Source of the DNA: an uncultured virus (IMG/VR IMGVR_UViG_3300034013_000894) | Taxonomy: Duplodnaviria > Heunggongvirae > Uroviricota > Caudoviricetes | Reading direction: 5' to 3' (one strand) | IMG/VR virus record: IMGVR_UViG_3300034013_000894 | Length of the DNA: 64,000 nt | Shown: one piece after another, positions 1-9,266 of the stretch | Layout of the letters: each line of letters begins with the position of its first letter | Position numbering within the stretch: the first letter of the stretch is position 1 | Notes under the pieces: model-generated | Database searches by the model: none | What the model saw: the letters and a program-made list of their open reading frames with translations, nothing else | Told to the model about the DNA's origin: nothing | Translations under genes and position numbers: made by a program

Positions 1-1
1 C

Positions 2-250
2 TCTTTTGCAGCTTCTGGGGGGGTAACTGCCAATACCGTTCGGGTCAATGGCAGCGAGGCTCTTTCGGCATCAAGAGGCGGGACGTGGACAGGTGCAAGC
101 GAATTTACGATTGGACGTTATATCATAGTTAATTCAATGAGAGCGGGTATCGTGCAAGGATTGATAATTATCCAATCCGTCCCATCCACCGCCGACCGCC
201 AAACCCTTGAGCGCAACCGTGGCGCTTATTACGGCATAACAATCGCATAG
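2..250 (+). CDS. 3' end of a gene entering the window; lectin/LamG-like C-terminus of a probable tail fibre or virion protein
   Basis: Frame open from base 2 to TAG at 248-250 (...GIVQGLIIIQSVPSTADRQTLERNRGAYYGITIA*), resembling C-termini of ConA/LamG-like phage fibre domains. Not in the ORF track because it is 5'-truncated. Confidence 0.55.
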   Translation, partial: SFAASGGVTANTVRVNGSEALSASRGGTWTGASEFTIGRYIIVNSMRAGIVQGLIIIQSVPSTADRQTLERNRGAYYGITIA

Positions 251-259
251 GAGGTCCAG

Positions 260-655
260 ATGAAAATCATCCAATTTATTTTGCTTGAAACGCAGACCGC
301 AGAAGAGCTAAAACAGCGCATTTTGCATCAAGCAAACACGTGGGCAGGTTTCAAATATCTGCGCGAAGATGACCCAGACTATTCGACCGACCCGTTCGGC
401 ATGGACGAATGGCACGCGCATCTTGAAACGCCGGGACTTTATTGGGCGGATTATGGGAAAATATATGCACATCTTGGCAACCGTGGCCGCGAGGTAGCGG
501 ACCAGATGTTCGGCACTGACAGCCCGTTGCAAGGCATCTTACTTCATGCGCCATTGTCGCTTGATTATCTTGATGCCCGCCTTCAAATTGTCGAGGTGGA
601 CGATCCTGTGGCTGCGGGCTATCTGGCCGCTCCCGTCGATATTGTTGAGCCATGA
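260..655 (+). CDS. hypothetical protein (possible fibre-associated chaperone)
   Basis: 131-aa ORF with AGGAGG RBS and ATGA overlap with the next gene. Confidence 0.65.
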   Translation: MKIIQFILLETQTAEELKQRILHQANTWAGFKYLREDDPDYSTDPFGMDEWHAHLETPGLYWADYGKIYAHLGNRGREVADQMFGTDSPLQGILLHAPLSLDYLDARLQIVEVDDPVAAGYLAAPVDIVEP

Positions 656-1221
656 AGGTTGCGCTTTACAAAGGCAAGCGCGGCGGTTTCGCTGGTGCGT
701 TTGACGCGGCGGTCCGGTGGTGGACGCGGGGAGCCTACAGCCATGTTGAGCTGGTTTTTAGTGACGGCATGTCGGCGTCCGCCTCCGCACGCGACGGCGG
801 GGTGCGTTTTAAGCGGATCGATTTCAAGCCGGAGCATTGGGATTTCATTGATCTTAGCGTCGATGAGGAACATTTGCGGACTTTGATCTTAAAGCGGCTT
901 GAACAAGAGTCCGAGCAGAATAGGCAAATCGCAGATAACCTTGCCAAGGCTCTTATCGCGCAATGCCTTACCCAAGTTTTCGACGAGAAATATGCGCGAG
1001 CTTTTTTCGAAGAGCGCCGTGGTCTAAGATATGACTATTTCGGCCTGTTTGGTTTTGTATGGCGTCCGCACAGTGGATCGGCATTGCTGTGGTTTTGCAG
1101 CGAGATTGTTATGGGTGCGCTCAAATTTGATGACCCGTGGCAGTTTAATCCAAACATGGTCGGAACGATTGCACGCCGCCTAACAGCGCATAGGGCTATG
1201 CATGTTACAACTGCCAAATGA
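652..1221 (+). CDS. permuted NlpC/P60 (YiiX-like) peptidase/amidase-like protein
   Basis: YSHVEL ... RYDY ... WFCSE (His before Cys, the permuted papain-like order). Confidence 0.6.
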   Translation: MKVALYKGKRGGFAGAFDAAVRWWTRGAYSHVELVFSDGMSASASARDGGVRFKRIDFKPEHWDFIDLSVDEEHLRTLILKRLEQESEQNRQIADNLAKALIAQCLTQVFDEKYARAFFEERRGLRYDYFGLFGFVWRPHSGSALLWFCSEIVMGALKFDDPWQFNPNMVGTIARRLTAHRAMHVTTAK

Positions 1222-2686
1222 TGTAGAGAAAATCTGGGAGCCACAGCCTGGCTCCCAGGTTCTTTTTCTTACGTGCCCTATTTTTGAATGCCTATATGAA
1301 GGCACCCGCGGCCCGGGTAAAACCGACGCGCTGCTCATGGACTTTGCCCGTGAAGTCGGCACAGGCCTTGGGCCTGACTGGCGTGGCATTCTTTTTCGCC
1401 GAACCTACAAGGAACTTGGGGACGTTGTTGCCAAGACCCAAAAGTGGTTCAAGCGTATCTTCCCCACAGCTACTTTCAACAAACAAGAGTTTACCTGGTA
1501 TTTCCCAGATGGCGAACAGCTGCTTCTGCGGCATGCCAAGACTGTCGATGATTACTGGAACTACCACGGCCACGCCTATCCATGGATTGGGTGGGAAGAA
1601 CTTACCAACTGGGCGGATGACGGGATTTACCGCAAGATGTTCTCTTGCTGTCGCTCGACCAATCCGTTGGTGCCAAAGCGAGTTCGCTCTACTTGTAACC
1701 CGTATGGCTCAGGCCACAACTGGGTAAAGCGCCGCTTCCGCCTGCCTTATATGCGGGGCAAGGTTATTCGTGATGCGGTTGACCAGGATGGTAACCCCGA
1801 ACCAAACCGGGTAGCGCTGCATGGTTCCATTCATGAGAACCAGATATTGCTGCAGGCAGACCCTGAGTATATTTCACGCCTGCGGGCTTCTGCCCGCAAC
1901 AAGGCTGAACTTGCTGCATGGCTATATGGCCGGTGGGATATTGTTGCAGGCGGCATGTTCGATGACGTGTGGGATATGCAGCGTCATGCAATTGATCCAT
2001 TCAACGTCCCAGCGGGCTGGAAGGTAGACCGAAGCTTCGACTGGGGCTCGTCCAAACCGTTCAGTGTGGGCTGGTGGGCACAATCGGACGGTTCCGATGC
2101 AGTCCTGGCTGATGGCAGGAAGCTCAGGACGGTCCGAGGCGACCTGTTCCGTATCCATGAGTGGTATGGGTGCAGCAAACGCGAGTCCAACGTGGGTCTG
2201 AACATGCTCGCGAGTGAAATCGCTAAGGGCGTCAAAGACCGAGAAGCTGCAATGCTTCAGCGTGGGCTTATCCGGCTCAAGCCCAAGGCGGGTCCTGCGG
2301 ACTCTGCTATTTGGACTGAAGAAAACGGACCCAGTATCTACTCAGACTTTGTCAAGGCCGGGGTGATGTGGGAGAAAGCTGACAAGTCTCCTGGGTCTCG
2401 TAAGCATGGCTGGGAACAAATGCGTAAGCGCATGCTTGCATCTATACCTCCATGGGAACGTCCCAATGTGGAGCCTGGCACAATCATGCCTCACTCATGG
2501 GTGCGGGATGAACCAGGCATCTTTGTATTCCGCACCTGCGGTAGTTTTCTAGAGACAGTGCCTACTCTTCCCCGCGATGATAAAAACACAGATGATGTGG
2601 ATACTGACGCTGAAGATCACATTGCTGACGAAGCCCGTTATCGATGCCGCGCGTCAGCTGGTGGGGTTCGCCAGGGCGCGATGTAG
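1202..2686 (+). CDS. terL: terminase large subunit
   Basis: Walker A GTRGPGKT, Walker B WIGWEELT, motif III TCNP, nuclease FDWG and C-terminal DHIADEARY. Confidence 0.95.
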   Translation: MLQLPNDVEKIWEPQPGSQVLFLTCPIFECLYEGTRGPGKTDALLMDFAREVGTGLGPDWRGILFRRTYKELGDVVAKTQKWFKRIFPTATFNKQEFTWYFPDGEQLLLRHAKTVDDYWNYHGHAYPWIGWEELTNWADDGIYRKMFSCCRSTNPLVPKRVRSTCNPYGSGHNWVKRRFRLPYMRGKVIRDAVDQDGNPEPNRVALHGSIHENQILLQADPEYISRLRASARNKAELAAWLYGRWDIVAGGMFDDVWDMQRHAIDPFNVPAGWKVDRSFDWGSSKPFSVGWWAQSDGSDAVLADGRKLRTVRGDLFRIHEWYGCSKRESNVGLNMLASEIAKGVKDREAAMLQRGLIRLKPKAGPADSAIWTEENGPSIYSDFVKAGVMWEKADKSPGSRKHGWEQMRKRMLASIPPWERPNVEPGTIMPHSWVRDEPGIFVFRTCGSFLETVPTLPRDDKNTDDVDTDAEDHIADEARYRCRASAGGVRQGAM

Positions 2687-2764
2687 GGGGAATGACGGCG
2701 GACGCAGGCCTCACAACACGGCAGCGTCCGCCCGAACCCATTTAACCAATCGGAGCTGAAGAAC

Positions 2765-4378
2765 ATGGCCACGGCAGTGCCGAACCAAGACAGCGACGGG
2801 AAGATCCACGCAGGCGAACCCTACGTTGACTGGCTCCGGCGCCAGGGCAATGGTCCAAAGGGCGTTGAAGGCACGTCCGCTGAATATGACTATATGAAGC
2901 CCAAGTGGCATCGCATCCAGGCTGTTCTTGATGGGACAGATGCTATGCGCTCGGCCAAGGCCAAATATCTCCCACAGCATGAATACGAAACGGCCGCAGG
3001 CTACCTCGAGCGCCTCTCCGTCAGCGTGCTTGACAACTGGACTGCTCGCACCCTCGAGACTCTCGTGGGTAAGGCTTTCCGAGACCCTCCCCAATTCAAG
3101 GACTTGCCTGCCAAGATCGAGGCGATCGAAAAGGACGCGGACGGTGCCGGTCGCACCATGGTCGATATGGCACAAGCCTGGTTCCGTGAAGCGGTAGCTA
3201 AGCGGGAAGCTTGGCTCTTTATTGACTTCTCGCAGGGTCAGCCCCGCGCAGATGGACAGCCTCGCACTCTCGCTGATGATGAGCGTGATGGCCTGCGTCC
3301 TTTGTGGAAGGTCGTCTGCCCAGAGGACGTCATCTTTGCCATTGGCCGGGCGGACAAGGGCCGGCATGTATGGACTCAAATCCGCGTCATCGAAAATACC
3401 ATGGAAGAAGACGGCCCCTTCGGTGAGGTGCTGGTTGAGCGTATACGCGTTCATCGTCCCGGCAGCTGGGAACTCTACGTTAAGATCAAGGACAAGCGTG
3501 CACGTAAGTGGGTGTGGAAGCTGGAAGACGCCGGCTTTACGGGCTTGGCGGAAATCCCGGCGGTCAAGTTTTGTGTCGATGGTGAAAAGCCTCCGCTTGA
3601 AGACCTTGTCCACTTGAACATTGCCCACTTCCAGTCGGGCTCGGATCAGCGATCCATTCTGACCACCTCGCGGTTTGCCATGCTCGCCGTGTCTGGTGCG
3701 CCAGACGTCGATCCCGCCGCAGGTGAAAAGCCTCTGGTAGTAGGCCCCAAGCAGTGGCTGTCCACACCGAACCCTGAAAGCAAGTTCTACTATGTTGAAC
3801 ATAGTGGAGCTGCGATCAATTCGGGTCGACAGGACCTGCAAGACCTTGAGCAGCGCATGGCCAGCTACGGCGCAGAGTTTCTCAAGCGTCAGCCTGGACG
3901 GGCTTCTGCTACAGGTCGCGCGCTTGATAGCTCCGAAGCTCAGAGCTTGCTGCAGACATGGGTGCGTCAGTTTGGCGAACACCTGATGCAGGCTTTGCGG
4001 CACACAGCCAACTGGACCAAGATGGGCCCGACTGAAGAAGTGGGCAGTGTGGTGTTTGACCTCGAGGCCGACGTGGATGCAGGTGATCCTGCTGAACTGT
4101 CGACGATTGACAGTGCTCGCTCGCGCGGGGACATTAGTCGCGAAGCGTGGGTCGATGAGATGAAAGCTCGCAACATTTTCCGCAGTGAATATGACCCAGA
4201 GCTTGATGCCGAACGGTTGCAAGATGAGCTGCCTCCAGGCTCCGTAGTTGGTGGCTTCCTGTTTCAGAACCGCATGCCAAAAGACGGGACCAATCCGAAG
4301 GACCCGGCAGGCAAACAGCCTACGGAGCCCAAGGTGGACAAGAAGCCTCAAACCGGCAACAACCCCGCCAAGGAATAA
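2765..4378 (+). CDS. portal protein (DUF4055-like)
   Basis: 537 aa directly after TerL; YLPQ..E....Y..RL and KPPLEDLVHLNIAHFQSGSD motifs typical of DUF4055 portals. Confidence 0.88.
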   Translation: MATAVPNQDSDGKIHAGEPYVDWLRRQGNGPKGVEGTSAEYDYMKPKWHRIQAVLDGTDAMRSAKAKYLPQHEYETAAGYLERLSVSVLDNWTARTLETLVGKAFRDPPQFKDLPAKIEAIEKDADGAGRTMVDMAQAWFREAVAKREAWLFIDFSQGQPRADGQPRTLADDERDGLRPLWKVVCPEDVIFAIGRADKGRHVWTQIRVIENTMEEDGPFGEVLVERIRVHRPGSWELYVKIKDKRARKWVWKLEDAGFTGLAEIPAVKFCVDGEKPPLEDLVHLNIAHFQSGSDQRSILTTSRFAMLAVSGAPDVDPAAGEKPLVVGPKQWLSTPNPESKFYYVEHSGAAINSGRQDLQDLEQRMASYGAEFLKRQPGRASATGRALDSSEAQSLLQTWVRQFGEHLMQALRHTANWTKMGPTEEVGSVVFDLEADVDAGDPAELSTIDSARSRGDISREAWVDEMKARNIFRSEYDPELDAERLQDELPPGSVVGGFLFQNRMPKDGTNPKDPAGKQPTEPKVDKKPQTGNNPAKE

Positions 4379-4384
4379 TAGGGC

Positions 4385-5542
4385 ATGGCCCGCACCGCCA
4401 ATGAACAGCTCTTCGATGCCGCAGTCCGCCGCAAGGTAGCCCTCCTCCGATTGGAGCGGGGCGAGGCTGAACGGGTCGAAGAGCTTCTCCGTGAAATCGA
4501 ACGAGACCTGCTTGACCAGATTGGTGCAAGGCTTGCTAGCGGGATTACACCTGCTCGGCTTGAGTCTTTGCTTCAATCGGTGCAGGACCTCATTCTCTCA
4601 CGTCTCACTGAAGCTGCAGGTCAGGTGGAGTCGGCTATGGCCGAGCTCGCCGTGCAGGAAGCAGCCTGGGAAGCCTCTACGATTGAGCGGGTATCACCTG
4701 TTCAACTTAGCCTTGCCGCAGTAACCCTAGATGCTGCACGGGCATTAGCGGGCGAAGTAGTGCAAGGCCTCACAATAGCTCGATGGTTTGAAGGTCTGAG
4801 CGCTGCAACCGTTCAACGGATTGAGCGGGCTCTGCGCCTTGGTATCGCTGAAGGCGAAACCCTTGACGGGCTTATCCGACGTATCCGTGGGTCACGGGCC
4901 AATAACTATCGGGATGGCATCCTTGAGGCAACCAAGCGGGACGCATCGGCCATCGCGAGGACGGGCCTGAGCCAAGCCTCGACGGCTGCGCGACAGCTCG
5001 TGTGGGAGGCAAATGCAGACATCGTTCTGTGCCTCCGGTGGACCTCGGTGCTAGACGGTAGAACCTCCGCAATCTGTCAGTCCCGAGACGGTCACGTGCG
5101 TCCGGTATCAGCCGGTGGCATTATTCCGGCAGAGGTCTCATCTCCTCCTCTCGAACCGGAGACAGCTAGCCCTCCAGCGCATATCAATTGCCGATCAATT
5201 CTTGTGGCAGTCCTGTCTGCTGAGGGGCTTGTGGGCAATCGTCCGTATGTTGCGGATGATCGTGTTCGCGAGCGTCGCGAAGCACAATTCCGCAAGGAAG
5301 CTAAAGCACGCGGGGTGCCAATTCAACAGGTGCGTAAAGAGTGGGCGCAGGCCCGAGTGGGTCAGGTGCCCTCCAAAACCACCTACGAGGAATGGTTTGC
5401 ATTACAGTCAGCTGAGTTCCAACGGACTGTTTTGGGTCCTACTCGTTATCGCATGTATAGAGCAGGCACAAAGCTTGGGGCCTTTGTGGATAATTCAGGG
5501 CGTAGATTGACCTTGGAGGAACTTCGCAATGGGGGTATATGA
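4385..5542 (+). CDS. head morphogenesis protein (SPP1 gp7/MuF family)
   Basis: IART, LDGRTSAICQSRDG and PPAHINCRS motifs; follows the portal. Confidence 0.9.
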   Translation: MARTANEQLFDAAVRRKVALLRLERGEAERVEELLREIERDLLDQIGARLASGITPARLESLLQSVQDLILSRLTEAAGQVESAMAELAVQEAAWEASTIERVSPVQLSLAAVTLDAARALAGEVVQGLTIARWFEGLSAATVQRIERALRLGIAEGETLDGLIRRIRGSRANNYRDGILEATKRDASAIARTGLSQASTAARQLVWEANADIVLCLRWTSVLDGRTSAICQSRDGHVRPVSAGGIIPAEVSSPPLEPETASPPAHINCRSILVAVLSAEGLVGNRPYVADDRVRERREAQFRKEAKARGVPIQQVRKEWAQARVGQVPSKTTYEEWFALQSAEFQRTVLGPTRYRMYRAGTKLGAFVDNSGRRLTLEELRNGGI

Positions 5543-5581
5543 TGGCGCACAATGGGCAAGTAGAGAATTAAGGGACATGGA

Positions 5582-5641
5582 TTGAGGCAAGCCGCAGCGC
5601 GACGCTACGGCACCTCAAGCATGACATGGGCGAGATGCCCA
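5582..5641 (+). promoter_or_regulatory. tandem hairpins (loops GCGAC and GAGAT) in the scaffold 5' leader
   Basis: TTGAGG-caa-GCCG-c-AGC[GCGAC]GCT-a-CGGC-a-CCTCAA, then TGGGC[GAGAT]GCCCA abutting the AGGAGG RBS. Confidence 0.55.
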
Positions 5642-5655
5642 GGAGGACAAATCAA

Positions 5656-6462
5656 ATGGAGTTCAATTTCGCAGCCAATCCAACCCTCGACAGCGTGGAC
5701 ACGGTGCCTGAGGCTTTTCGTGGTGCTTACGTTCAAGGTGAGGATGGCAAGTTTTCGGTTCGCCCTGAAGTGGCGGGCCTCGCTTCGGCGATGGATGGTC
5801 TCAACGGGGCTCTCAAGAAAGAACGGGACACCAACAAGACGTTGAAGCAGCAGCCTTCAGCTACGGCTATCCTGAAGGACCTTGGCCTTGGCGAGACGGT
5901 CGAAGCAGCCCAGACCAGCCTCACTGACCTGCGGGCGCAGCTTGCGGCAAAGGCCCAGGTTGATCCCGCAAAGATCAAGTCGGAAATTGAAGCCACCTTC
6001 CAGACGGAACGGGATGGGTTCAAGACCCAGCTGTCGGATATGGAAACCACCCTGGTTGAACACCTAGTGGGCAATGTCGCCAAGTCAGCGATCGCCGAAC
6101 ACAAGGGCAACGAGCTCTTCCTTATGCCCCACATTGAAAAGTCGGCCAAGGTCGTCAAGGACGATGCTACGGGCAAGTATGTCGTTCGTGTGGTCGATGG
6201 TGATGGCCAGTTCCGTGGTGATGGCAAGGGCGGCTTCATGGGTGTGGGTGATCTTGTTGGTGAGATGAAGGCAAACAAGTCATTCGGTGGCGCTTTTGAA
6301 AGTGAGCAGCAGGGCGGCGGCGGCAAGCCTGCCCCTCAGATTTCGCGTCAGGCTACTCAGTTTCAGCAGCAGCGTGAGCAACAGCAGGGCCGCAGCTCGA
6401 ATGACAAGATCGCAAGTGGTCTGCAGCGGCTGCAGCAGGTTGGTTCGCTCGGCGCGGCCTAA
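5656..6462 (+). CDS. capsid scaffolding protein
   Basis: Coiled-coil protein between MuF and capsid, GGG-rich near the C-terminus; start reassigned to ATG 5656 behind AGGAGG. Confidence 0.8.
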   Translation: MEFNFAANPTLDSVDTVPEAFRGAYVQGEDGKFSVRPEVAGLASAMDGLNGALKKERDTNKTLKQQPSATAILKDLGLGETVEAAQTSLTDLRAQLAAKAQVDPAKIKSEIEATFQTERDGFKTQLSDMETTLVEHLVGNVAKSAIAEHKGNELFLMPHIEKSAKVVKDDATGKYVVRVVDGDGQFRGDGKGGFMGVGDLVGEMKANKSFGGAFESEQQGGGGKPAPQISRQATQFQQQREQQQGRSSNDKIASGLQRLQQVGSLGAA

Positions 6463-6524
6463 TTTTCCCTGTGGGAGGTAGGTTACAGCCTGTCTGATGC
6501 GGCTCCGCCTGCGGGGCAGTAACC

Positions 6525-6557
6525 GAAGGGTGGGAGGCAACTCCCACCCTTTCTTTT
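6525..6557 (+). terminator. intrinsic terminator after scaffold
   Basis: GAAGGGTGGGAG-GCAA-CTCCCACCCTTTC-TTTT. Confidence 0.75.
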
Positions 6558-6607
6558 ATGTGCGAGCGCTGGTCCGCTTGCACTGAGCCCCACGACATAT
6601 GAGCTCG

Positions 6608-6669
6608 CGACAATGCGACGCCGCGACGGCCCCGCAGGTCGAAGCCTGGAAAGCGTGATGCGGACCGGG
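6608..6669 (+). promoter_or_regulatory. tandem hairpins (loops GCGAC and GTGAT) in the major capsid 5' leader
   Basis: CGAC-aa-TGCG-ac-GCC[GCGAC]GGC-cc-CGCA-g-GTCG, then CCTGG-aaa-GC[GTGAT]GC-gga-CCGGG. Confidence 0.5.
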
Positions 6670-6706
6670 GTATCCCCATAAGCATCACAAATCAGGAGTT
6701 TAGGCT

Positions 6707-7627
6707 ATGCCGTCCATCACCCTCGTCGAGTCAGCCAAGCTGGCTCAGGACGATTTTGTCGCGGGCATTATCGAAAATGTCATCGATGTCAACCAGATTT
6801 ATCAGCTGTTCCCCATGGAAGGGATCGACGGCAACTCGCTTGCATATAACCGTGAGAACATCCTTGGCGACGTTCAGGTTGCGGGTGTTGGCGATACGAT
6901 CACTGCCAAGGCCGCTGCGACCTTCACGCAGGTCACCAGCTCGCTGACCACGATCATCGGTGACGCCGAAATCAATGGTCTGATCCAGGCGACCCGCTCG
7001 AAGCACAACGACCAGACTGCCACGCAGATTGGTTCGAAGGCGAAGAGCGCCGGCCGTCAGTTCCAGGACATGATGGTGAACGGCACCGGTGCGACCAACC
7101 AGTTCCCGGGTCTCATCACCTTGTGTTCGGCAGGCAAAACCACGGCCTCGACGGGCGCCAACGGCGACGCGCTGAGCTTTGCCAAGCTCGACGTTTTGCT
7201 GGATGCGGTCACTGACAAGGATGGCCAGGTCGATTATATCATCATGCACTCGCGCACCGTGCGGTCCTACAAGGCCCTGCTGCGCGGCCTCGGTGGCAAC
7301 TCCGTGGATGACATGTATGAACTGCCCAGCGGTGCAAAGCTCAACGCCTATTCAGGTGTGCCGATCTTCCGCAACGACTGGGTGCCAACCAACCAGACCC
7401 GCGGGGCTTCAACGACCTGCACCACGGTGTTTGCTGGCACCTTCGACGACGGCTCGCGCAAGCATGGCGTCGCCGGTCTGACGGCCCAGGAAGCTGCTGG
7501 TCTCCAGGTTGAATATGTGGGTGTCCACCAGACCAAGGACGAAAAGATTTACCGCGTCAAGTGGTATGTCTCGATGGCCCTGTTCAACCTGAACGGTCTG
7601 GCGATGGCAACGGGTATCACCGACTAA
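6707..7627 (+). CDS. major capsid protein
   Basis: 306 aa after scaffold, strongly biased codons, AGGAG RBS; MPSITLVESAKL...GNSLAYNRE...GVPIFRNDW...YRVKWY pattern of siphophage capsids. Confidence 0.9.
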   Translation: MPSITLVESAKLAQDDFVAGIIENVIDVNQIYQLFPMEGIDGNSLAYNRENILGDVQVAGVGDTITAKAAATFTQVTSSLTTIIGDAEINGLIQATRSKHNDQTATQIGSKAKSAGRQFQDMMVNGTGATNQFPGLITLCSAGKTTASTGANGDALSFAKLDVLLDAVTDKDGQVDYIIMHSRTVRSYKALLRGLGGNSVDDMYELPSGAKLNAYSGVPIFRNDWVPTNQTRGASTTCTTVFAGTFDDGSRKHGVAGLTAQEAAGLQVEYVGVHQTKDEKIYRVKWYVSMALFNLNGLAMATGITD

Positions 7628-7690
7628 TCGCTGCTGGGGAGGGCGCTGGCTGTCAATTCAGCCGTCCTCCTTCGGCGCCCTCTTCGCATC

Positions 7691-7719
7691 GGCCCCGGCA
7701 AGCAATTGCCGGGGCCTTT
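7691..7719 (+). terminator. intrinsic terminator after capsid gene
   Basis: GGCCCCGGCAA-GCAA-TTGCCGGGGCC-TTT. Confidence 0.7.
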
Positions 7720-7808
7720 GCTATTTAAGGGCTACTATGTGAGGTGGCTCAGCGCAAGAGAAGCCAGTCACTTTGAGTGGCAGGATCGATCCATACCTAG
7801 GAGTTAAT

Positions 7809-8261
7809 ATGTCCCACAGTTTTGAACTTGCCGGCGCGGAAGCCGGCCAGACCGTCAACAAAGGCGGGTTCCAATTTATTAACGGGGTTTATACCCACGA
7901 CAGTGAAGACCAGACAGTTGAACATCTGGCCATTTATCTGGAACGCAGCTATTATGCTTTCCCGACCGGTTCGCAGGCGCTCAAGGACGCGCAGGAGCGC
8001 TATGAGCGCGAGCAGGCTTCGGGTAAGACCGAAGTGCCGACCACAACCGACGCACTGGGTGACGGCGAGGTAGCCAGTGAAGCTGTGAAAGAGGCAATCG
8101 CCGCCCTCGATCATGAGGACGATAGCCACTGGACCGGCGCAGGTCTGCCAAGCACCGATGCAGTGACGGACCTGGCTGGCGAGAAGGTGACGCGGGCTCA
8201 AATTGAAGTCTCGGCACCTGGCTACACCCGCGCGGCAGCGAAGACTGCGGCTGCCATCTAA
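7809..8261 (+). CDS. hypothetical head-associated protein
   Basis: ATG 7809 behind AGGAG; C-terminal LDHEDDSHWT..GLP....V...TR..I motif often seen after capsid genes. Confidence 0.65.
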   Translation: MSHSFELAGAEAGQTVNKGGFQFINGVYTHDSEDQTVEHLAIYLERSYYAFPTGSQALKDAQERYEREQASGKTEVPTTTDALGDGEVASEAVKEAIAALDHEDDSHWTGAGLPSTDAVTDLAGEKVTRAQIEVSAPGYTRAAAKTAAAI

Positions 8262-8270
8262 GGAGCGAAC

Positions 8271-8735
8271 ATGTTTGGTCGGAAACGGGACGTCATATAT
8301 GTTGAGACTAACAAAGTCTTGGCTCGTCGGTTTCCGGCCGAATATGCTATTTGGCAAAGTATACGTGGGCGCTGCAAAGCTAACCGATCCAAATCTATAG
8401 GATGGCATGATCGAGGCATAGCTGCGTGTGAACATTGGCAAGAAGATTTTGCCAACTTTATGAATGATATGGGCCCAAGGCCCTATAGCTCACTGTCTCT
8501 TGAGCGCGAGAATAATGACGGGCCATATAGCCCGGATAATTGTCGGTGGGCAACTGCTAAGGAGCAGTCTAACAATCGACGCAACACAATCATGGTCACA
8601 GCACGGGGCAAGACTCAGTCTCTTAAGGATTGGGCAGAAGAGACGGGCATAAGCTACGGCACTCTGAAGCACAGATACCAGCGGAGTTGGGACGCAGAGC
8701 GACTGGTGACGCAAGGGAGAATGAACCCATGCTAA
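8271..8735 (+). CDS. free-standing HNH homing endonuclease
   Basis: W..IRGRC...RGI..CEHW..F.NF..DMGPRP...SLERENNDGPYSPDNCRWAT..EQ.NNRR plus C-terminal HTH; AT-richer than neighbours. Confidence 0.85.
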   Translation: MFGRKRDVIYVETNKVLARRFPAEYAIWQSIRGRCKANRSKSIGWHDRGIAACEHWQEDFANFMNDMGPRPYSSLSLERENNDGPYSPDNCRWATAKEQSNNRRNTIMVTARGKTQSLKDWAEETGISYGTLKHRYQRSWDAERLVTQGRMNPC

Positions 8736-9265
8736 TCCTCCAGACCTGGCCTCAAACACCCGGGGCCAACTCCTACGGGGTCGTGGCGGGCTTTAAGGCC
8801 CACCACGACCTTCGCTTGCAGAGCTACTCTGCATATACTGATCCGCAGATTGAGGCTTCTCTTGTCGCGGCGACTGAATACTTGGACATGCGCTTCGCCT
8901 ATAATGGCTGGAAGACAGTGGCCGAGCAGTCAACTGAGTTTCCCCGCAATGACCTTTACAACGCTCGTGGCGATCTTGTCCAGGGCGTTCCCACTCATGT
9001 GGTAAAGGCTGCGTATGAATATGCCATCCGCTGGCTGCGGAATGGCTTCACCCTTATTCCTGACCCTGAGCAGGACGCTTCGGGCCGCTCGGTTAAGGCG
9101 ACACAGGTGGACGTTGGGCCCGTGAGCGAGCGGGTGGAATACAGCGAGTTTTCCAACTATCGTTTGCCAGAGTATCCATACCCGGATGGCTTGCTTAAGT
9201 CTCAGGGTTTTGTAGCTTCCGGCAAATCAGGCGGGGTAATGTCCTTGCCATTGGCACGAGGCTGA
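8729..9265 (+). CDS. head-tail adaptor (DnaT-like family)
   Basis: ANSY...AATEYLD...Q..EFPR...VP..V..A..E.A...VGP...EY pattern; start ATG 8729 overlaps HNH end. Confidence 0.75.
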   Translation: MLILQTWPQTPGANSYGVVAGFKAHHDLRLQSYSAYTDPQIEASLVAATEYLDMRFAYNGWKTVAEQSTEFPRNDLYNARGDLVQGVPTHVVKAAYEYAIRWLRNGFTLIPDPEQDASGRSVKATQVDVGPVSERVEYSEFSNYRLPEYPYPDGLLKSQGFVASGKSGGVMSLPLARG

Positions 9266-9266
9266 T

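Noticed and set aside
2711..4576. 621-aa minus-strand ORF, and similar long antisense ORFs (9898-10968, 28813-29904, 44662-45705, 53143-54336, 58945-60099)
   Set aside because: Antisense shadows of well-supported genes in GC-rich, codon-biased DNA; no motifs or RBS.
6490..6530. Hammerhead ribozyme (CTGATG...GAA)
   Set aside because: Core reads CTGATGC rather than CTGATGA and lacks a correctly placed GAAA and stems.
8271..8735. Group I intron around the HNH genes (also 51399-51836)
   Set aside because: Flanking genes look complete and the HNH ORFs abut or overlap neighbours, leaving no room for an intron core; treated as free-standing.
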